Shown here: positions 39,206-55,000 of the stretch, piece by piece
Position numbering within the stretch: position 1 is the first letter of the stretch
How the letters are laid out: the number at the start of each line of letters is the position of its first letter
Assembly: GCA_964016885.1 (NCBI GenBank)
Contig: OZ024762.1
Span: 27,776,001 to 27,840,000, forward strand
Origin: Eledone cirrhosa
Lineage: Eukaryota
DNA: 64,000 bases
Reading direction: 5' to 3'
The notes under the pieces: model-generated
Databases searched by the model: none
The model's input: the letters and a program-made list of their open reading frames with translations, nothing else
What the model was told of the DNA's origin: nothing
Made by a program: the position numbers and the translations under genes

Positions 39206-39456
39206 GCTGTATGTGTGTAAAGTATCCGTGCGTGGGATATCCCTGAGTACATTTTCTTGACTATCAATTGTTAATTGATTGTTTGTTAATTAGGCAGGAA
39301 TATACCATTGTCTTTGTTAATCCTATGTGTTGCTGTATGTGTGTAAAGTATCCGAGAGCGGGATATCCCTGAACTAATTTTGCTTGACTGTTAATTGTTT
39401 ATTGATTATTTGTTAATTAGGCAGGAATATATTATTATGTCTTTGTTAATCCTGTA
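39206..39456. repeat. Tandem duplication, ~126-bp unit x2
   Basis: GCTGTATGTGTGTAAAGTATCCG...TTAATTAGGCAGGAATATA...CTTTGTTAATCCT at 39206 and 39332. Confidence 0.85.
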
Positions 39457-40468
39457 TCAATAATTGTATAATAATTTTTTGTTAGTACATTATTAGATTA
39501 CTGAAGCTACCTTATACCTTCTTAAAAATACATTTTATAATTATTGTCTTTTTGCTTATGTATTTTCTTACTTATCATTTTCTTTAATCTTGCCCAACTT
39601 GACAAGCTCTTTGAATTGCTCCCTAATTAAATTACTTAAATTACTTAAATTATTTTATCTATTATACCTAAGTTGTATCTGTTGCAGCAGCCCTTTGAAA
39701 ATTCCTCGGATATCCCAAATACCGTAATTTTTAACTTTTAATTTATAATTTTCCTCAATTCGTTTATATATATCCTTAAAGGCTCTCTAAAATGTTAATT
39801 CTTCGAAGGGTCTCACGGAGGAGGTTCCTATTAAAAATATTAAAGGGGCCTTTTCTGAGGGGTTTATTGAAGGCTTTTTGAATTAACCTTTAATTGATTA
39901 GTTTCTTCCAACTTAGTAGGGATTATCAAAACTTCGTAAATTTTCTGAAATTTTTTAACGTGATCTCTGGGGAAGAAAGTTTTTTCTTTCGAAAAAATTT
40001 TTTTTCTCTCGAAGGAATTTCTTAGGAAACTTTATATTTTTTTAGGGAAACTTTATATTTTTATTTTTTTTATTTTATTAGTCTCTTAATCTCTTCTAGT
40101 TTGTTAAGTTTATTGGGGCTTGTAAGCTTTATGCACTTATTGAGGGATTTTTTAAGGTGCTTCTACGTGATCCCAAGTCTTTTACTTTTAATGCGTAAAT
40201 TATAAATTATCTAATTTTTAACCTTCAATCCCTGACTCCGACAACTAATATAAAAGAGCCCCCTTAGAATATAGACCCCAAATATACAAGCGGAGCTGCT
40301 GATGTATACCACAATTTCAAACTGCTAGTCTTGAGTGATACGTTGATGTAAATAATGAACTTACAATCACATGTTATATGCCTTGAAATGTCCCACCATA
40401 TGGTCGGACGAAACGGCTGTCGGCAATAAACTTGTTATAATGTCATAATAGTTCCTTTGTTCTTTTTC

Positions 40469-40540
<72 letters not shown>

Positions 40541-40799
40541 ACATATATATACACACACACATATCTATACACACAGACATATATACACACCAACAAGCCC
40601 TTTCGCTACATTATGTGCTTGTACACACACACACTAGCTCATATACGCTCATACAAATATGCGCATATTCACATACAGGCCCACGCACGCCTACAAAGAT
40701 ATATACACATACACATACACATTTTTTTTTTTTTTTAATGACCATGCTGTAAAATGGAGGGGTAGAGGGGGCCCTTGAGTCTAGTAAGACATCCTCTCT

Positions 40800-42527
40800 A
40801 GTGCTGGTGGCACAAATAAAAGCACCCAGTCCATGCTGTAAAGTGGCGCAGGTGTTAGGAAGGGCATCCAATCAGTGTATCAATGCCAAAACGCTTATCA
40901 GCACAGCAACAAATAGGAACAATAACAAAGTGTGAAGACGTCGCATCTCAGAGTTGCAACACTTAATGTTGGCACTCCCAGAGGTAGATCTGCTGAAATA
41001 GCGGAGATGCTGGAGAGAAGGCATGTTGATGTGTGCTGCGTGCAAGAGGTGAGATGGAGAGGTGCCTCTGCGAGACTAGTCGTAGGCAAACGTCTTAGCT
41101 ATAAGCTTTTCTGGGTAGGTAAGGATGATGGGTTAGGGGGTGTAGGCATGTTCCTGGCTGAGAGATGGATCAATAAGTCAATAGAGGTAGTTCGAGTTAG
41201 TAATCGAATGATTAAGCTTAGATTAGTTGTAGGTAGGAGACTACTGACAATCATCTCGGTCTATGCTCCCCAAGCAGGCCTAGACAAAGATGAGAAAGAC
41301 TGCTTTTACGAGCAACTTTTACAAACAACCGCAATGACAGAGGACGGAGACATGGTTATGCTAGCAGGAGACTTCAATGGTCATGTTGGACAGCTCCAGG
41401 ATGGTTACACTGGGGTACATGGTGGGCACCGTTACGGCTCAAGAAATGAAGCAGGAGTGAGACTTCTTGAATTTTGTGATTTAGGTACACTGACTATTTG
41501 CAACACAAATTCCAGAAACCTGCCAATCACCTAAAAACCTACAAATCTGGCGAGCACATAAGCCAGATTGACTTCTTACTAGTTTGGCAGCGGAACAGGC
41601 AGATAGTGTCTAAAACCAAGGCATACCCTGGGGAAAAATGTACCCCACAGTATAGGTTAGTCGTTAGTGATATCTCAGTAAGCAAGAGATGGAATGAGAC
41701 ATACAGGAAGGTGTGGAGAAGAAAGGTCTGGAAGCTAAAAGATCTTTCACCAAAATACAAATTTAGGAAAGCCCTTCAAGATGTGTATGACGAAAAAGAA
41801 GACGATTTAGAGACGTATGACATAGATAATAACTGGAATTTCTTACGTGACAACTTACTGCAGGCTACTGATGAAACTTGTGGCTGGAGCAGAGCTCCAA
41901 CCAGACAGAGAGTGACCTGGTGGTGAAACACCACAGTAGATAAGGCCATTAGAGACAATAGACTAGCATGGAAGGCTTGGAAAAAGAGTGGGAGTAGGGA
42001 AGAATATACAGCCGCTAAGAGAGAAGCTAGACGTCAGGTGTACTTAGCACGCAGGGAGGCAGAGAGTAGGAGGTTTGCCAATGTTCTGCGACGGGAAGAT
42101 CAGAGGCGTGCGGTGTTCCACATTGCAAGGCAGTGTGTCAATGCAAATCAGGATGTTGTTGGAGATAAATGTGTCCGGAATGATGCCAGTGTACTTAATG
42201 TCACGAATGATCAGAAAAAGGAGGCCTGGAAATGTCATTATGAGAGACTGATGAATGTGAAGAACGACTGGGAGAGAGAGAAATTACCCTCAGTAGATCC
42301 GACAAAGGGACCAGCTATTGAGATTATGAATATAGGGTCCAAGAGGCGATTAAGGAAATGAAAAATGGTAAGGCTGCTGGACCATCGGGAATAGTTGCTG
42401 AGATGCTGAAGGCATCAGGGGACGTAGGCACTAAACTGGTTGCACGCATCATCAATCAGGCTATATATGGTGGTGTCATACCCAAAGACTGGTGCAGCAG
42501 TATTCTCATAAATTGCTACAAAGGTAA
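40800..42527 (+). mobile_element. 5' half of RTE-X-type LINE (APE endonuclease to start of RT), 3'-truncated
   Basis: RVATLNVGT, CCVQEVRWRG, ISVYAPQAG, AGDFNGHVG, SQIDFLLV, MKNGKAAGPSGIVAEMLK, INCYKGK; frameshifts. Confidence 0.9.
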
Positions 42528-44950
42528 AACCACGTTTATGGTATAACTGAAGTCGTAGACTAAAATTCTATTTAGGAAACCGAATGAATCTTGGCTTCAG
42601 AGTTAAGAATAATGTAAATAAATTACAGAGGTAATTGAAATCAACAAAAATTAAATATATACATGCACGCATCCATATACGTACATACACATGCATATGC
42701 GAAAACACCCGCCATGGGTATGCAAATACAAGCACGTACACACAAAAAACGCACGCACATACAGAACCCACGCAACGCCTGTACCCGCACACATACAAAC
42801 GTATACACCAAATACACATAAAAATATATATAAAATATATATGTGTGTGTGTGCGTGTATACATATAATTATATAAACGCATAAATACGTATATAACGCG
42901 GGTTGAGTCACACATACCTACTTGTAAATACCCATATGTTCGCTAAACGTACGTCAACTAAAACACAAAGTGCACATATACACACACCCTACATACGTAC
43001 GAACCCATATACTCACACAGACGCAAAACTTACGTATACACATAACCATATGCACATGTACCAGTATATATAATATAATATATACGCCTATAACATATAC
43101 AAGCAAATATACGTACGAGAAAGTATACATACCTTCACAAAACATACAGGTAATATATACTTACCTATACAAATAAGTAATGGTATAAACATAACATATA
43201 CTTAGCTACCACATCAACACATAAACTATCCGGGTATAGTTCGTACTATCCATTATGGTATAATACAGGAAAGTTTTGTGCAATTTATGTTTACAAGCCG
43301 AAATTGCCTCAGATTTTTTGTTTAAGATGTGGTCTTTGGCGTAGAGTATTTCCAGGGCTTCAGCAGCGCAGAGGTCACATGGTCTTTTATTTCCGTTATA
43401 CGATCTAGCCTTAGCTAGGATCTCCCAGTGTAACTTATATTGGGTGTGGTTTGTCTTTTAGACTCCAGATATAAGCTGAAAGTGACGTCATATTCCTTCT
43501 TAAAGGGTTAAGAAAAGAATGGGTATGCATGTAAAGACGCTGCTTGAATCTATTGGCGGTTAACCCTATGAAGCTCCTACAGGACGTGGGTGTTTCAACC
43601 TAACAATGTTACTAGAGAGGCATTTCCCGGATAGGGGGCAGTCAACCCGATTCCTACAATTACAGTTAGTACTAGCTACAGGGTTGCACATGTTCCTACG
43701 GCTAGGTAATTTAGCTAAATTTGAAGCTGTGATGTTATGTGCAAGGTTAGAAGTCGTAGAGTAAGAAATTTTAATGGTATTTCTATTAAAAATGTTACTA
43801 TGTGCTGGGGGAAATGCTTCATAATAAGGGAGAGAAAGATCTTAGCTAATGGTGTGGCCACCTCCATATTATATGGTGGGTTATACCATATAATGCGTCG
43901 GGATCTATTTTTCCTAGGTCTATTCTCATACTCTGTATATGCTACCTTATCGACAAATCCACTCCGAGCAAGACATTCATAGTAATATGCGGAATGGTCG
44001 GTGAAAATATGCTCGTTTGTAGATAGACGGGAAAGCCTCAAAGCGACGTTTCTTACCAGGTTCTTGGTTATGCTGGCAGGATGGTTGGAATGCTAACTTA
44101 TGTAATTAAGCGTATCATTCGGCTTTCTATACGGGTAGTGCAAGCCATTCAACAAATTGAGGGTAACGTCGAGGTAATTAACGACCGAGAGGTTGAAGCC
44201 TTTAAAGAAGGTTGTGGGTTCTTTTCTGAACCTGTCGCAAGCATGTGGGTCGCACTTTGTCATGGTCAAAAGACCGTCATCACGGTACAAACCACCGCCC
44301 ACATTGGGGAATTCTTCCTTGATAGAGAAAAGAAGGAAAAGGCCGATAAGATCAGTAACCTCCGCAGAATCGCTGGCGCCCATACTCACATCGAATGGGG
44401 TACTATTAGATTTTTTAATCCAAATAGAGTCGTCGAAATTAATTACCGACTTACAGGCATTGGGGATGACATCAACTTTGAAATCCTTAATCACTGTGAG
44501 TGTTTTAGCGAAATTGATAGCTCTAAGAAGAAGTGGTAAAGTGATGGAGGAGTAGTAATTATTGATGTCGAATTCGATAAAACGGCAATGTTCCTTATTG
44601 CATATGCCGTTGAACCAATCAATCACCGCGAAAGAATTGTTCCACAGTGCAAGAGGGGCCAAACTTCTAATTTCAGGTATAATTCTATCTAAAATCCTTT
44701 TACTAAGTCTACCTAAATCAGACGTAGGGTTAATAAGCCGCTCCAAATAATGACGTATTATATTCGTTTTTTCCGTTCTTTGCCAGGGAACGTTTCCACG
44801 AACCAAAGTATCGTCTTCCTGTTTGCCTTCGGTTGCAACGTTTTTCGAAATATTTACATCTGCGTTCACAGATTTATTTTTTTAGTTTCAGAAGATCCCG
44901 TTAAGGGTGAAAGCAGCGATTCTTTGCTTAAACTTTAGTCTGTTATTTTA

Positions 44951-44955
<5 letters not shown>
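42527..44955 (-). mobile_element. Penelope-like retroelement: RT, GIY-YIG and 3'UTR (minus), with inverted terminal segment at 44738-44955
   Basis: RLINPTSDLGRLSK, FIEFDINNYYSSI, FDVSMGASDSAEV, GGLYRDDGL, VNYLDVTLNL, RRIIWYNPPY; CNCR..CPLSGKCL and CDLCAAE..ILNKKSE near 43300-43665. Confidence 0.9.
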
Positions 44956-44993
<38 letters not shown>

Positions 44994-45029
44994 TATATAT
45001 GTGTGTAAAAGGTAAACAGAAATAACAAC

Positions 45030-45620
45030 ACATGAAAGACAACAACTGTATAAAACAGTGCAGGGCGATCAAAATTGACGGAAGTTACGGAGTAGGCAGA
45101 CCCAGAAAAACCTGGGACGATTTGATAAATTCCTACCTTACACACTTACACCTGTCCAAGACAATGTCACTGGACCGAGAACTTTGGCGCTACGCAGCAA
45201 TACAGAAAACCCGCCTTTCCTAAGTACAAAGCAAACCCGACAGTCAGTAGACACCTCTTAATCAAATATACACCCCCCTCCCACTACCCCCTACCCCACC
45301 CCCATCAACTCTACCCCTTTCTGTCTAAAGTTATGTTGGTACCACAACATCCAGTCCTCAATAAATGAGGTCGTGTAGGTGTCACGACAAAAAAACACAG
45401 TCCACGCTGTAGTGTGGCTGTCTAGGTAACACGGTAAAAACCTCCCAGTCCACACTGTAAACGTGGTTGGTGTTAGGAAGGGCATCCAGCCGTAGAAAAC
45501 CTGCCAGACAGTCCCATACGAGCAAGACAGCCAATCTTGCTTCAAGTGGGACAATTCTCGTCTAAACCCATGCTAGCATGGAAGATAGACGTTAAACGAT
45601 GATGGTGATGATGATGATGA
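45030..45620 (+). mobile_element. 3' end and UTR of RTE-X-type LINE
   Basis: [28 protein letters not shown]..., UTR and (GAT)n tail. Confidence 0.85.
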
Positions 45621-45849
45621 TACATATATATATATACATATATATACACACAAACACATATAAATATATATGTGTGTGTGTATACATATATATATCAGAT
45701 AGGGTGTGGTAAAAAACCAGGTAGACCATAACCCACTAGAGTACTCAATACTTGGGTAATTAGATCGGATCTAGGTGTCGAAACGCCCGGAAGTCAGCCG
45801 TCGGGGACCTGAATCTTTTCACACACACACACATATATATGTGTGTGTG

Positions 45850-45902
<53 letters not shown>

Positions 45903-46023
45903 TTATATATATATATACACACACATATATATGTGTGTGTATATATATATATATATTTTTATATATATGTGTGTATATATATATATTTATATATATATAT
46001 ACACACACATATATATGTGTGTG

Positions 46024-46056
<33 letters not shown>

Positions 46057-46099
46057 GTAAATATGTTTTGAAACAGTGAGCAGGTTTGAAATTAGAAAA

Positions 46100-46275
46100 T
46101 AGGATAGCTTTCACCGTATTTTTTTTATCTGAGGATTCTAAACCCTATTATCAGACTAAAATTTTTTTAGTAAAAAAAATACGGTGAAAGCTATTTTATA
46201 TATATATATATATAAAAACATGCAACCTCCATCATTTCGTCAGAGACGTAATGATGGAGGTTGCATGTATTTTAA
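46100..46275. repeat. Two short inverted repeats
   Basis: ATAGCTTTCACCGTATTTTTTT/AAAAAAATACGGTGAAAGCTAT (~46105-46194) and ACATGCAACCTCCATCATT/AATGATGGAGGTTGCATGT (~46217-46268). Confidence 0.8.
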
Positions 46276-46734
46276 ATTGAGTGCCACTACCTTCAGTGTT
46301 TAGCAATTTCTAGACATCTCTATCATGGAAACAATTGTTAGACTGCAAATAAATGTCCTTGTTTGTACTGTTGACCATGCTATTCTTCCCTTTTTTCAAT
46401 TTTATCACTCCAAGATATACTTACATGGGAATACATGTGAAGTCATTAACCCACCATCCACGTAAACCTCTTGTTGAGTCACACAACGCCGTACGCTTAA
46501 ACTATCCATGATAAGTAGTTTTCACAACCTCTTATCGGATTACCTTTAAGGATATATTGTTTTCCTATATATATATATATATATATATATTTATTTATTG
46601 TTATACTTTGGGAGGGTCATGTTGCCAATAAGAAACATACGCACCAGAAACGAAATATATATATTTATATATATATATATATATATATAGTAATAATAAT
46701 AAATTTGAAGACTAAAATCCAGCGTGCAATTGTT

Positions 46735-47090
46735 CTCCCCGCTCCAAATATGACGTATTATCTTCGTTTTTTCCGTTCATTGCCTGAGAATGTCTCTATG
46801 AACCACCTAATAGAATATTAGTCTACGAATTCTATTATACCATAAACGTGGTTCTGTCTTTGCGTGTAATTGTTTTTCACCGCTCCAAATAATGACGTAT
46901 TATATTCGTTTTTTCCCGTTCTTTGCCAGGGAACGTTTCCACGAACCAAAGTATCGTCTTCTTGTCTTCCTCCGGTTGCAACGTTTTTTTTAAATATTCA
47001 CTTCTGCGTTCACAGATTGACTTTGTTAGTTTCAGAAGATCCCGTTAAGGGTGAAAGCAGCGATTTCTTTGCTTAAAATTTAATCTGTTA

Positions 47091-47098
<8 letters not shown>
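46735..47098 (+). mobile_element. Solo 3'UTR/terminal segment of the 42527-44955 Penelope-like family
   Basis: 46879-47098 aligns to 44738-44955; 46808-46855 is the reverse complement of 42527-42572. Confidence 0.8.
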
Positions 47099-47142
<44 letters not shown>

Positions 47143-47328
47143 TAAACGGAATAGAAAATGCTGACAAATTGTTCACAGTTGAAAAATGGTTTAATTAGGA
47201 ATAAAAGAGTATTAGTGATTGTATGGGTTAGTATTCAGTTGTGGTTTTAAGTTTTTAAGTTTTTACCGGTTGCGCATTTCTAAATGCTTTTCAAAAATAA
47301 TTTTGAGATAGAGTGTCCGTGCTGTTTG

Positions 47329-47910
<582 letters not shown>

Positions 47911-47952
47911 CAATATATTAACAAATGGAAACTATATTTATAAAACTATATT

Positions 47953-48018
47953 TATTTCATTATACATATTTCAAGGGCCAACAAGGTAAACTATGGTGCG
48001 CTTTCATCAGTTAAAATA
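47953..48018 (-). ncRNA. Minimal hammerhead motif
   Basis: TATTTTAA CTGATGA AAG-C-GC...GC-C-CTT GAAA TATGTA TA ATGAAATA; lies inside IR 47911-48104. Confidence 0.65.
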
Positions 48019-48204
48019 TAATATAGGTTAGATTTATAAATAAATATTGACATACCCTTAAAAAATGCAACCATTAAATATAGTTTCCATTTGTTAATAT
48101 ATTGTATATTTACTCCAATAATTTGTTCAGTGCTTTATATCACTAATAAAAATATTTTGCTTGTTGTATCCCAACAAATTAAATATAACCTCTACATATA
48201 TATT

Positions 48205-48243
<39 letters not shown>

Positions 48244-48502
48244 CTAATGTACTAGCTGATATATATATATATTTATATATATATATATATATATAATGAA
48301 GGAAATGTGGTAAGGAACCAGATGGACCATAACGCACCAAAGTACTCAATACTTAGGGTAGTAGAGTGGGTAATAGGAACAAGTAGGACCCCGACGGCTG
48401 AGCTCAAGCCGTTTCGATGGCTAATTCTCGAAACGGCTAGAGATTCAGCCGTCGGGGTCCTACTTGTTCCTATATATATATATATATATATATATCATCA
48501 TC

Positions 48503-48592
<90 letters not shown>

Positions 48593-48821
48593 ATCTAATG
48601 TACTAGCTGAAACCCTCCACGTGACTTGTAGGATTATAAAACATATTTAACAGTTATGAATCCTTGAAAATCACATGAGATGGTGTGGAAAATATATAAA
48701 TAAAACCATATGCAGAAGATATCTGCATAAAGAAGGAAAACGGATATAAGATGTTTAAAATATTAATATACATATATGTGTGTATATATATATATATATA
48801 TCTGTGTGTGTGTGTGTATGA

Positions 48822-48854
<33 letters not shown>

Positions 48855-49104
48855 AAAGTTAAACAGAAATAACAACACAAGCAGTACAATATATGGAAGG
48901 TATATATTTAGGTTAACACTTGATATAGCAGGAAGAGGGTCTAAACATATACATACATATATATATACATTATCTGGCCCCCAATCACTTTATTCAATAA
49001 TTATATTTGTATATATATATATATATATGTATATCTGTATGTATATGTATATATATCTGTCTGTATGTGTATGTATATGTATATATATATATATATATGT
49101 ATAT

Positions 49105-49421
49105 ACAATGATATTAAATAAATGGATACTATATAAATGGATACTATTATAAAACCATATTTATTTTATTAAATATATTTCAAGGGTAACCAAGACAACA
49201 TTGGTACGCTTTCATCAGATAAAATACAGTTTGTTTTATAAATAGAGACATACCCATGAAAATCATATGTTATCGGTTGGAAATTCACTGATAAGGTATG
49301 ATTTTCAACCAATATTTTATCTGATGAAAGCGTACCAATGTTGTCTTGGTTGCCCTTGAAATATATTTAATAAAATAAATATGGTTTTATAAATACAGTT
49401 TCCATTTATTTAATATCATTG
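49105..49421. mobile_element. Inverted-repeat element with two outward-facing hammerhead motifs (49162-49226 -, 49313-49377 +)
   Basis: TATTTTAT CTGATGA AAG-C-GTACCAA...TTGGTT(A/G)C-C-CTT GAAA TATATT TA ATAAAATA in both arms. Confidence 0.8.
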
Positions 49422-49511
49422 AATATTTACTCCAGTAAGCTGTTGAGTGCTCTAAATCAGTTATAAACATTTATATTTGTCGGACTTCCAACAAAGTAAA
49501 TACCACTTCTA

Positions 49512-49586
<75 letters not shown>

Positions 49587-49774
49587 GTATGTATATTTGT
49601 GTGTGTATATATATATATATTTATATAACGAAGGAGTTGTGGTAAGGAACCAGATGGACCATAATGCACCAGAGTACTCAATACTTAGGGTAGTAGAGTG
49701 GGTAATAGGAGAAAGTATGACCCCAACGGCAGAGGTCATACTTTCTCCTATATATATATATATATGTGTGTGGA

Positions 49775-50020
49775 GGCACAAAGGTTGTGAGTTCAATTCT
49801 CAGACCAGGTGATGTGTTGTTTCCTTGAGCAAGACACTTTATTTCACATTGCTCCAGTTTACTCAGCTGTAGAAATGAGATGATAGGACTGGGGTCCCTA
49901 TCATCCCACTGTAAATGAGGTTGGTGTTAGGAAGGGCATCCAGCTGTAGAAATCAAGCCAGAATCAGTTCCCATCCCACCCTTGCAAGCAGGGAAATGCG
50001 GACGTAAAATGATGATGATG
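49775..50020 (+). mobile_element. SINE family B copy
   Basis: Matches 20548-20908. Confidence 0.85.
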
Positions 50021-50149
50021 TATGATGTTGATATGTGTGTGTATTTATATGTATATGTGTGTGTGTGTTAGATGATGTGTATTATACAATTCACTCTTAC
50101 ACAGACATGCATACACAAATATACATATATATGGTTATATGTAAGTATG

Positions 50150-50192
<43 letters not shown>

Positions 50193-50319
50193 ACGCACGT
50201 AGCTTTAATCTGAGATTAGATAAATTGATATCTTGATGTGCCTCTTCCTATGTATATAGTGTGTATATATATATATGTATAGTCTATAAGTGTATATATA
50301 TATATATATATATATATAT

Positions 50320-51420
<1,101 letters not shown>

Positions 51421-51454
51421 ATAATTTGGGTTTAGATAATTTGATATCTTGGTG

Positions 51455-51487
<33 letters not shown>

Positions 51488-51694
51488 TTGTGTTTACCCT
51501 ACAACATTAAACCATGAGTCAGTGATACCTCCACTCCTTTCCACCACCACCACCACCCTCTACCCTGTACAAGTATCAGAAACTTTACAAAAGGCCACAG
51601 ATGATGCCCTTCCATCATCTCAGTAAAGCCTAAATCTAAATAATAATAATATTAATACCAATGTCAGACTATCAACAACAAAAGTTTACACTCT

Positions 51695-51915
51695 AACACT
51701 TTAGCATTTAAACCAGCCATATCCAGTCAGAATTCTCTTACCCTTTTCTGTTCAAACCGGCTGAAACCGGCTGCTTATACTGATGTTAAGTTATTGTTCT
51801 CAAAATAAATATCAAAATCTCATAGATTTGATATTATGTGAGATAATTATGTAAGTTAAAGCCTTTACCGTGGAAATATAATAGTAAATATAGAGTAATG
51901 TAAATGCTAAAGTGT
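51695..51915. mobile_element. MITE copy (piggyBac-like family)
   Basis: TAACACTTTAGCATTTA ... TAAATGCTAAAGTGTTAA. Confidence 0.8.
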
Positions 51916-52042
51916 TAATTAATTAGACTTTCAATTTTGGATTCATATTTTTCTTAAATTACAACTTCAGTGTAGTCCGAGATAGACTAACGTCCGTTAT
52001 GTGGTGTTATGTGTGAGTTTGTTTCCGTGAAACATATACATG

Positions 52043-55000
52043 TACACCAGGTCCGAACACAAAGAAACCAAAGTCCCACTGTCACTGCCTCCGTCTCTCC
52101 CACTCTCCCCACCTCTCATATACACCAGGTCCAAACTCCCACTGTCACTGCCTCAGTCTCTCCCACTCTCCCCACCTCACATATATACACCAGGACCAAA
52201 CTCCCACTGTCACTGCCTCCGTCTCTCCCACTCTCCCCACCTCTCATATACACCAGGTCCAAACTCCCACTCTCACTGCCTCAGTCTCTCCCACTCTCCC
52301 CACCTCACATATATACACCAGGACCAAACTCCCACTGTCACTGCCTCAGTCTCTCCCACTCTCCCCACCTCTCATATACACCAGGACCAAACTCCCACTG
52401 TCACTGCCTCAGTCTCTCCCACTCTCCCCACCTCTCATATACACCAGGTCCAAACTCCCACTGTCACTGCCTCCGTCTCTCCCACTCTCCCCACCTCTCA
52501 TATACACCAGGTCCAAACTCCCACTCTCACTGCCTCAGTCTCTCCCACTCTCCCCACCTCACATATATACACCAGGACCAAACTCCCACTGTCACTGCCT
52601 CAGTCTCTCCCACTCTCCCCACCTCTCATATACACCAGGTCCAAACTCCCACTGTCACTGCCTCAGTCTCTCCCACTCTCCCCACCTCTCATATACACCA
52701 GGACCAAACTCCCACTGTCACTGCCTCAGTCTCTCCCACTCTCCCCACCTCTCATATACACCAGGTCCAAACTCCCACTCTCACTGCCTCAGTCTCTCCC
52801 ACTCTCCCCACCTCACATATATACACCAGGACCAAACTCCCACTGTCACTGCCTCAGTCTCTCCCACTCTCCCCACCTCTCATATACACCAGGTCCAAAC
52901 TCCCACTGTCACTGCCTCCGTCTCTCCCACTCTCCCCACCTCTCATATACACCAGGTCCAAACTCCCACTGTCACTGCCTCAGTCTCTCCCACTCTCCCC
53001 ACCTCACATATATACACCAGGACCAAACTCCCACTGTCACTGCCTCAGTCTCTCCCACTCTCCCCACCTCTCATATACACCAGGTCCAAACTCCCACTCT
53101 CACTGCCTCAGTCTCTCCCACTCTCCCCACCTCTCATATACACCAGGTCCAAACTCCCACTCTCACTGCCTCAGTCTCTCCCACTCTCCCCACCTCACAT
53201 ATATACACCAGGACCAAACTCCCACTGTCACTGCCTCAGTCTCTCCCACTCTCCCCACCTCTCATATACACCAGGTCCAAACTCCCACTCTCACTGCCTC
53301 AGTCTCTCCCACTCTCCCCACCTCTCATATACACCAGGTCCAAACTCCCACTCTCACTGCCTCAGTCTCTCCCACTCTCCCCACCTCTCATATACACCAG
53401 GTCCAAACTCCCACTGTCACTGCCTCAGTCTCTCCCACTCTCCCCACCTCACATATATACACCAGGACCAAACTCCCACTGTCACTGCCTCCGTCTCTCC
53501 CACTCTCCCCACCTCTCATATACACCAGGTCCAAACTCCCACTCTCACTGCCTCAGTCTCTCCCACTCTCCCCACCTCTCATATACACCAGGACCAAACT
53601 CCCACTGTCACTGCCTCAGTCTCTCCCACTCTCCCCACCTCTCATATACACCAGGACCAAACTCCCACTGTCACTGCCTCAGTCTCTCCCACTCTCCCCA
53701 CCTCTCATATACACCAGGTCCAAACTCCCACTGTCACTGCCTCAGTCTCTCCCACTCTCCCCACCTCTCATATACACCAGGTCCAAACTCTCACTGCCTC
53801 AGTCTCTCCCACTCTCCCTATCTCTCATATACACCAGGACCAAACTCCCACTGTCACTGCCTCCGTCTCTCCCACTCTCCCCACCTCTCATATACACCAG
53901 GTCCAAACTCCCACTGTCACTGCCTCAGTCTCTCCCACTCTCCCTATCTCTCATATACACCAGGACCAAACTCCCACTGTCACTGCCTCAGTCTCTCCCA
54001 CTCTCCCCACCTCTCATATACACCAGGTCCAAACTCCCACTGTCACTGCCTCAGTCTCTCCTACTCTCCCCACCTCTCATATACACCAGGTCCAAACTCT
54101 CACTGCCTCAGTCTCTCCCACTCTCCCTATCTCTCATATACACCAGGACCAAACTCCCACTGTCACTGCCTCCGTCTCTCCCACTCTCCCCACCTCTCAT
54201 ATACACCAGGTCCAAACTCCCACTGTCACTGCCTCAGTCTCTCCCACTCTCCCTATCTCTCATATACACCAGGACCAAACTCCCACTGTCACTGCCTCAG
54301 TCTCTCCCACTCTCCCCACCTCTCATATACACCAGGTCCAAACTCTCACTGCCTCCGTCTCTCCCACTCTCCCTATCTCTCATATACACCAGGACCAAAC
54401 TCCCACTGTCACTGCCTCAGTCTCTCCCACTCTCCCCACCTCTCATATACACCAGGTCCAAACTGCCTCAGTCTCTCCCACTCTCCCCACCTCTCATATA
54501 CACCAGGTCCAAACTCCCTCTGTCACTGCCTCAGTCTCTCCCACTCTCCCTATCTCTCATATACACCAGGTCCAAACTCCCACTGTCACTGCCTCAGTCT
54601 CTCCCACTCTCCCCACCTCTCATATACACCAGGTCCAAACTCCCACTGTCACTGCCTCAGTCTCTCCCACTCTCCCCACCTCTCATATACACCAGGTCCA
54701 AACTCTCACTGCCTCAGTCTCTCCCACTCTCCCCACCTCTCATATACACCAGGTCCAAACTCCCACTGTCACTGCCTCATTCTCTCCCACTCTCCCCACC
54801 TCTCATATACACCAGGTCCAAACTCCCACTGTCACTGCCTCAGTCTCTCCCACTCTCCCCACCTCTCATATACACCAGGTCCAAACTCCCACTGTCACTG
54901 CCTCAGTCTCTCCCACTCTCCCCACCTCTCATATACACCAGGTCCAAACTGCCTCAGTCTCTCCCACTCTCCCCACCTCTCATATACACCAGGTCCAAAC

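Noticed and set aside
44740-44869. N-terminus of the 258-aa RT ORF
   Set aside because: It is the antisense of the inverted terminal repeat, not RT sequence.
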